A DNA stretch of 64,000 nucleotides from Patescibacteria group bacterium (GTDB lineage Bacteria > Patescibacteriota > Minisyncoccia > Phycocordibacterales > UBA918), in the NCBI GenBank assembly GCA_038061715.1, contig JBBTYP010000003.1, positions 12,034 through 76,033 of the forward strand. The letters are read 5' to 3'. The notes under the pieces are model-generated. The model was given only the letters and a program-made list of their open reading frames with translations, was not told the DNA's origin and searched no databases. Positions 63,962-64,000 of this stretch are shown here, piece after piece. How positions within the stretch are numbered: the stretch's first letter is position 1; every line of letters begins with the position of its first letter. Both the position numbers and the translations under genes were made by a program.

Positions 63962-64000
63962 AATAGAGTAGACAACTTCTTGAGCGGCGCAATTTATCGT

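Noticed and set aside
1-64000. Search for rRNA genes, CRISPR arrays, integrases, transposases or relaxases
   Set aside because: No sequence in the window shows the corresponding conserved motifs (for example R-H-R-Y integrase, DDE transposase, CRISPR repeat-spacer periodicity).

Overview
This 64 kb window looks like a compact, gene-dense chromosome segment of a reduced-genome bacterium, most plausibly a CPR/Patescibacteria (Saccharibacteria-like) episymbiont, with roughly 45% GC overall. That assignment is an inference from gene content and cannot be confirmed without a search. The backbone includes the replication-origin neighbourhood (dnaA, dnaN, a DUF721/DciA-like gene, rpmH-rnpA-yidC), DNA polymerase I, holA, ruvA, ruvB-yebC-ruvC, tyrS, PBP1A, class I ribonucleotide reductase, msrAB, rpsT, rplS, type IV pilus genes (pilMNO, pilB) and eight tRNA genes. 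The main accessory content is: (1) a compositionally mosaic defense-type island beside tRNA-His, carrying an MmeI-like fused type IIG restriction-modification enzyme, a small PD-(D/E)xK-fold protein, a putative Panacea-antitoxin/toxin pair and a GC-rich stand-alone ParB-like nuclease-domain protein; (2) an uncharacterised, translationally coupled four-gene cassette (16740-18991) next to tRNA-Val/tRNA-Arg, one member of which has an HEPN-like Rx4H motif; (3) a GC-rich (~58%) two-gene insertion encoding a peptidoglycan hydrolase with M15-peptidase and SleB-like domains; (4) two very large secreted multi-domain hydrolases with Pro/Thr linkers; (5) a VirB2/VirB3/VirB4/VirB6-like type IV secretion cluster in which virB4 is split into two ORFs. 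Non-coding observations include a ~90-100 bp repeat family (three copies) whose two hairpins are maintained by compensatory substitutions, a 20-bp perfect palindrome present twice, a 125-bp element closed by a 16-bp perfect inverted repeat, and a truncated tRNA-Lys 5' copy. I found no rRNA, CRISPR array, integrase or transposase. All calls rest on motif-level reading of the supplied translations and sequence; no database search was possible.
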